From contig JAJCXR010000035.1 in NCBI GenBank assembly GCA_029263315.1, positions 375 through 64,374 on the forward strand: a stretch of 64,000 nucleotides of DNA, read 5' to 3'. The translations under genes and the position numbers were made by a program. Origin of the DNA: Acidobacteriota bacterium (GTDB lineage Bacteria > Acidobacteriota > Thermoanaerobaculia > Multivoradales > J023). The notes under the pieces are model-generated. The model made no database searches. It saw only the letters and a program-made list of their open reading frames with translations, and was not told the origin of the DNA. Below are positions 61,817 through 64,000 of this stretch, in pieces. Within the stretch, counting starts at the first letter, position 1. Each line of letters begins with the position of its first letter.

Positions 61817-62390
61817 CTACTTAGTCAGATTGCCCATTCCCTGCCAGAAGCCCACCTGGTGGGCCTTTGCGGGCATACGCAGCATCAATGGATGCTTGGC
61901 GTTGTCGATGCCGGATCTCCATCTGACGGACAACTTCTTCTGTCGTGATGTCTCGACGAGGCAGGACCTGAGTCAGCAGTATCTTGATATCCGTGCTGCT
62001 CATCAAGGGGTGGGTCTGACCGTGCTTCTGGCGCTCTTGGAGGATGAATAGCATCGCCATCATGACCAAGGCCATGTGGTTGTGCCATGCCTTCCAGCCT
62101 CGGGCCTGATACTCGTCCAGCCCAGCATCCTGCTTTGCATCTTGGAAGGCCCGCTCAATCCAAAAGCGTTGGCGCTGCGTTTGAGCCAGCCGGGCGACCG
62201 GTGTCGAGACGGGAGCGTTGCTCATGGCGTACTTGATGACACCCGGCTGGTCCACCTCTCGGGTAACCAAGGCGTGCCAACACCGCGCCCGCTCTTCGCG
62301 TCCATCCCACAACCAGACCCGGCGATGCAGTGCTTCCAAATACAGGCGACCCTTCGTCGTGTGACGGATCCTCGCTTTTCTTGTAATCTA
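61817..62390 (-). mobile_element. IS701-family transposase remnant (C-terminal third only)
   Basis: KYAMSNAP, RFWIERAFQDAKQDAGLDEYQARGWKAWHNHMALVMMAMLF; an in-frame stop just upstream of IRHTTKG; no N-terminal DDE part. Confidence 0.85.
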
Positions 62391-62426
62391 TGATGACTCG
62401 TTCATTGAGTAAGTAGGAGAACTAAA

Positions 62427-62930
62427 GTGAATAGTCAAACTAGTCAAGCCATAGCCCTGTCTTCCTTTACCACCGGTCGCTTACCTAGCACCGGTCGCCT
62501 ACTTGGCATCGATCGCCTACTGACCAGCCTGGCTCTAGTCGCCTGGTTGGCTGCCGTCGCTCCAACCGCCTACGCCGAGTGCAACGTTGCACCTCAAGCG
62601 CAAACTGACGAGGTCTCGGTCCTCGACCTCGCCAGCGTCTTGATCGATCCTCTGGCCAACGATTTCGATCCAGACGGTCAGCCCTTGGCCTTGCAGTATT
62701 TGGGGGATACCTGTTTCGGAAGCGTCGCCGTGAGCGGCGAGACCCTGACGTACCAGCCCCTGGCGGGGGTGGCCGAGAGCTGCAGCATCGCCTACCGCGC
62801 CATCGACAGCAGCGGCGCCAGCGCCTCGAGCGCCATCGCGGTGACGGTGAGTCTGTTCGAGCCGGTGGTGTTCGGCGACGGCTTCGAAGGCGGCTCGACG
62901 GCTCAATGGTCGGCAACGGTGGTCGAGTAG
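62427..62930 (+). CDS. Exported Ig-like (cadherin/Big_9-type) protein with C-terminal FxDGFExG motif
   Basis: Signal peptide, APQAQTD...IDPLANDFDPDGQPL, LTYQP, ends VFGDGFEGGSTAQWSATVVE; AGGAG RBS. Confidence 0.75.
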   Translation: MNSQTSQAIALSSFTTGRLPSTGRLLGIDRLLTSLALVAWLAAVAPTAYAECNVAPQAQTDEVSVLDLASVLIDPLANDFDPDGQPLALQYLGDTCFGSVAVSGETLTYQPLAGVAESCSIAYRAIDSSGASASSAIAVTVSLFEPVVFGDGFEGGSTAQWSATVVE

Positions 62931-62931
62931 C

Positions 62932-64000
62932 ATGGGCGGTTCTAACAAGCGTTCCCTACGGTGTTGGCTACCGGCCCTTCTAACCGTCTGTCTCGTCGTC
63001 CCGGCCGTGGCTCAGGATCATCCCAACCACCAGCGGGGTTTCCAGGCCGACAAGGTCTACCAACTGGGCAACCTCGACAGCATCAACGTCTTCAATGGCA
63101 ATCTGGTGCTCACCCTGCCCATCGGTCGGCCGTTGGCCATCGGCGGGCCGTTGGCCTTCGGCTTGGCCTTGACCTACAACACCCAGCTGTGGGATTTCGA
63201 CTACCGCTGCGACCAGGGGGACCCCGGATTTCGCTGCTTTTCGTCGTCGAAACCCCATCCGGGGTTCAATGCCGGAGCGGGTTGGACGTTGTCTCCCGGT
63301 CGTTTGTTGCCCCCGGCGACGGCGACCAACCCCGGTGGCGACTGGCTCTACGTCAGCGGCGACGGCGCCAGCCACACCTGGTACCCGACGCTGCATTTCG
63401 GCGAGGTGGACGATCCCGGCGACACGCCGGGCAATCAGAGTGTCCTCTACACTCGGGATGGCTCGTATTTGCGTCTCAAGGTCGAAGCGGGGCAGCGCGT
63501 CGTGGAGTTGGGCAACGGTCTGCGCCAGCGCTTCGTACCCGGCCCGGCGGACGAATGGTTGTTGATCCGTAGCGAGGATCCCTTCGGCAACGCCGTCGAC
63601 GTCAGCTACCACCCCAGCGCCGCTGCTTACACGGAGCAGCGATTCACCGATAGCCACGGCCGCCAGCAACGCATCGTCTTCCAGCAGACCGGCGATCCGT
63701 TGTTCCCTCGTCTGGTGCAGTACGTCGAGCTGACGGCGGTGGGGGGCAGCAGCGCCATCTGGAGCTTCGAGACCACCTGGGCGACGGTGCCGCGGGGTTG
63801 CCCCCACAATGACCCGATGTTTCCCGACACCGGGGTGGATATCCCGCTCCTCACCAAGGTGCGTTTGCCGGACGGCAGCAGCTACCGCATGCCCCTGGCG
63901 GACTACCATGTGCCGTCGAATCCGGCGGGGTGTGTCGCCACCTCGGGTCGCATCAAGGGGCTGGGATTGCCCACCGGTGGCAAGATCGAGTGGACTTACC
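62932..64000 (+). CDS. RHS/YD-repeat protein N-terminal region (partial, runs off the window; absent from ORF track)
   Basis: Open frame from ATG 62932: signal peptide, DSINVFNGNLVLTLP, LTYN, GAGWTL, YTRDGSYLRL, DPFGN, LTKVRLPDG, LPTGGKIEWTY. Confidence 0.8.
   Translation, partial: MGGSNKRSLRCWLPALLTVCLVVPAVAQDHPNHQRGFQADKVYQLGNLDSINVFNGNLVLTLPIGRPLAIGGPLAFGLALTYNTQLWDFDYRCDQGDPGFRCFSSSKPHPGFNAGAGWTLSPGRLLPPATATNPGGDWLYVSGDGASHTWYPTLHFGEVDDPGDTPGNQSVLYTRDGSYLRLKVEAGQRVVELGNGLRQRFVPGPADEWLLIRSEDPFGNAVDVSYHPSAAAYTEQRFTDSHGRQQRIVFQQTGDPLFPRLVQYVELTAVGGSSAIWSFETTWATVPRGCPHNDPMFPDTGVDIPLLTKVRLPDGSSYRMPLADYHVPSNPAGCVATSGRIKGLGLPTGGKIEWTY

Overview
This is a GC-rich bacterial chromosomal window, most likely Acidobacteriota of the Thermoanaerobaculia type. 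That assignment is inferred from a lineage-typical C-terminal domain at 39.8-40.1 kb and a C-terminal FxDGFExG motif at 62.9 kb. 1-15.5 kb: a complete S10-spc-alpha ribosomal protein cluster (rpsJ 3' end to rplQ, with secY, adk, map, infA and rpoA). 15.5-31.6 kb: accessory genes. They include a DUF1772-like gene followed by a 50-nt synonymously diverged relic of rplQ, a DJ-1/PfpI protein, a phytoene-desaturase-like oxidoreductase, a sigma54-promoter-driven POTRA/DUF4390-like/HK/NtrX-like operon, prmC, an orphan Vsr plus C5-methyltransferase pair with a duplicated 3' end and palindromic repeats, a Ser/Thr kinase pair and a TPR-redoxin. 31.8-49.4 kb holds the most notable system, a class I lanthipeptide cluster: LanC, a full-length LanB and two paralogous double-glycine precursors with a shared DDxDTRxNSCxLA...C core. 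It is joined to an NHLM-type HlyD/C39-ABC/ABC/cNMP export cassette, a secreted hydrolase and an ECF sigma/STK pair. 49.7-60.6 kb: housekeeping genes (argGH, acyl-CoA dehydrogenase, SAM methyltransferase, CPA1 antiporter, tkt, tRNA-Ser, gltX, tRNA-Gln) with several REP-like repeat families in the spacers. 60.6-64 kb: an island-like stretch after tRNA-Gln with an IS701 remnant, an Ig-like protein and the start of an RHS protein. Family names come from motif recognition by eye; no database searches were run. Start codons were often moved from the ORF track to the likely true start.
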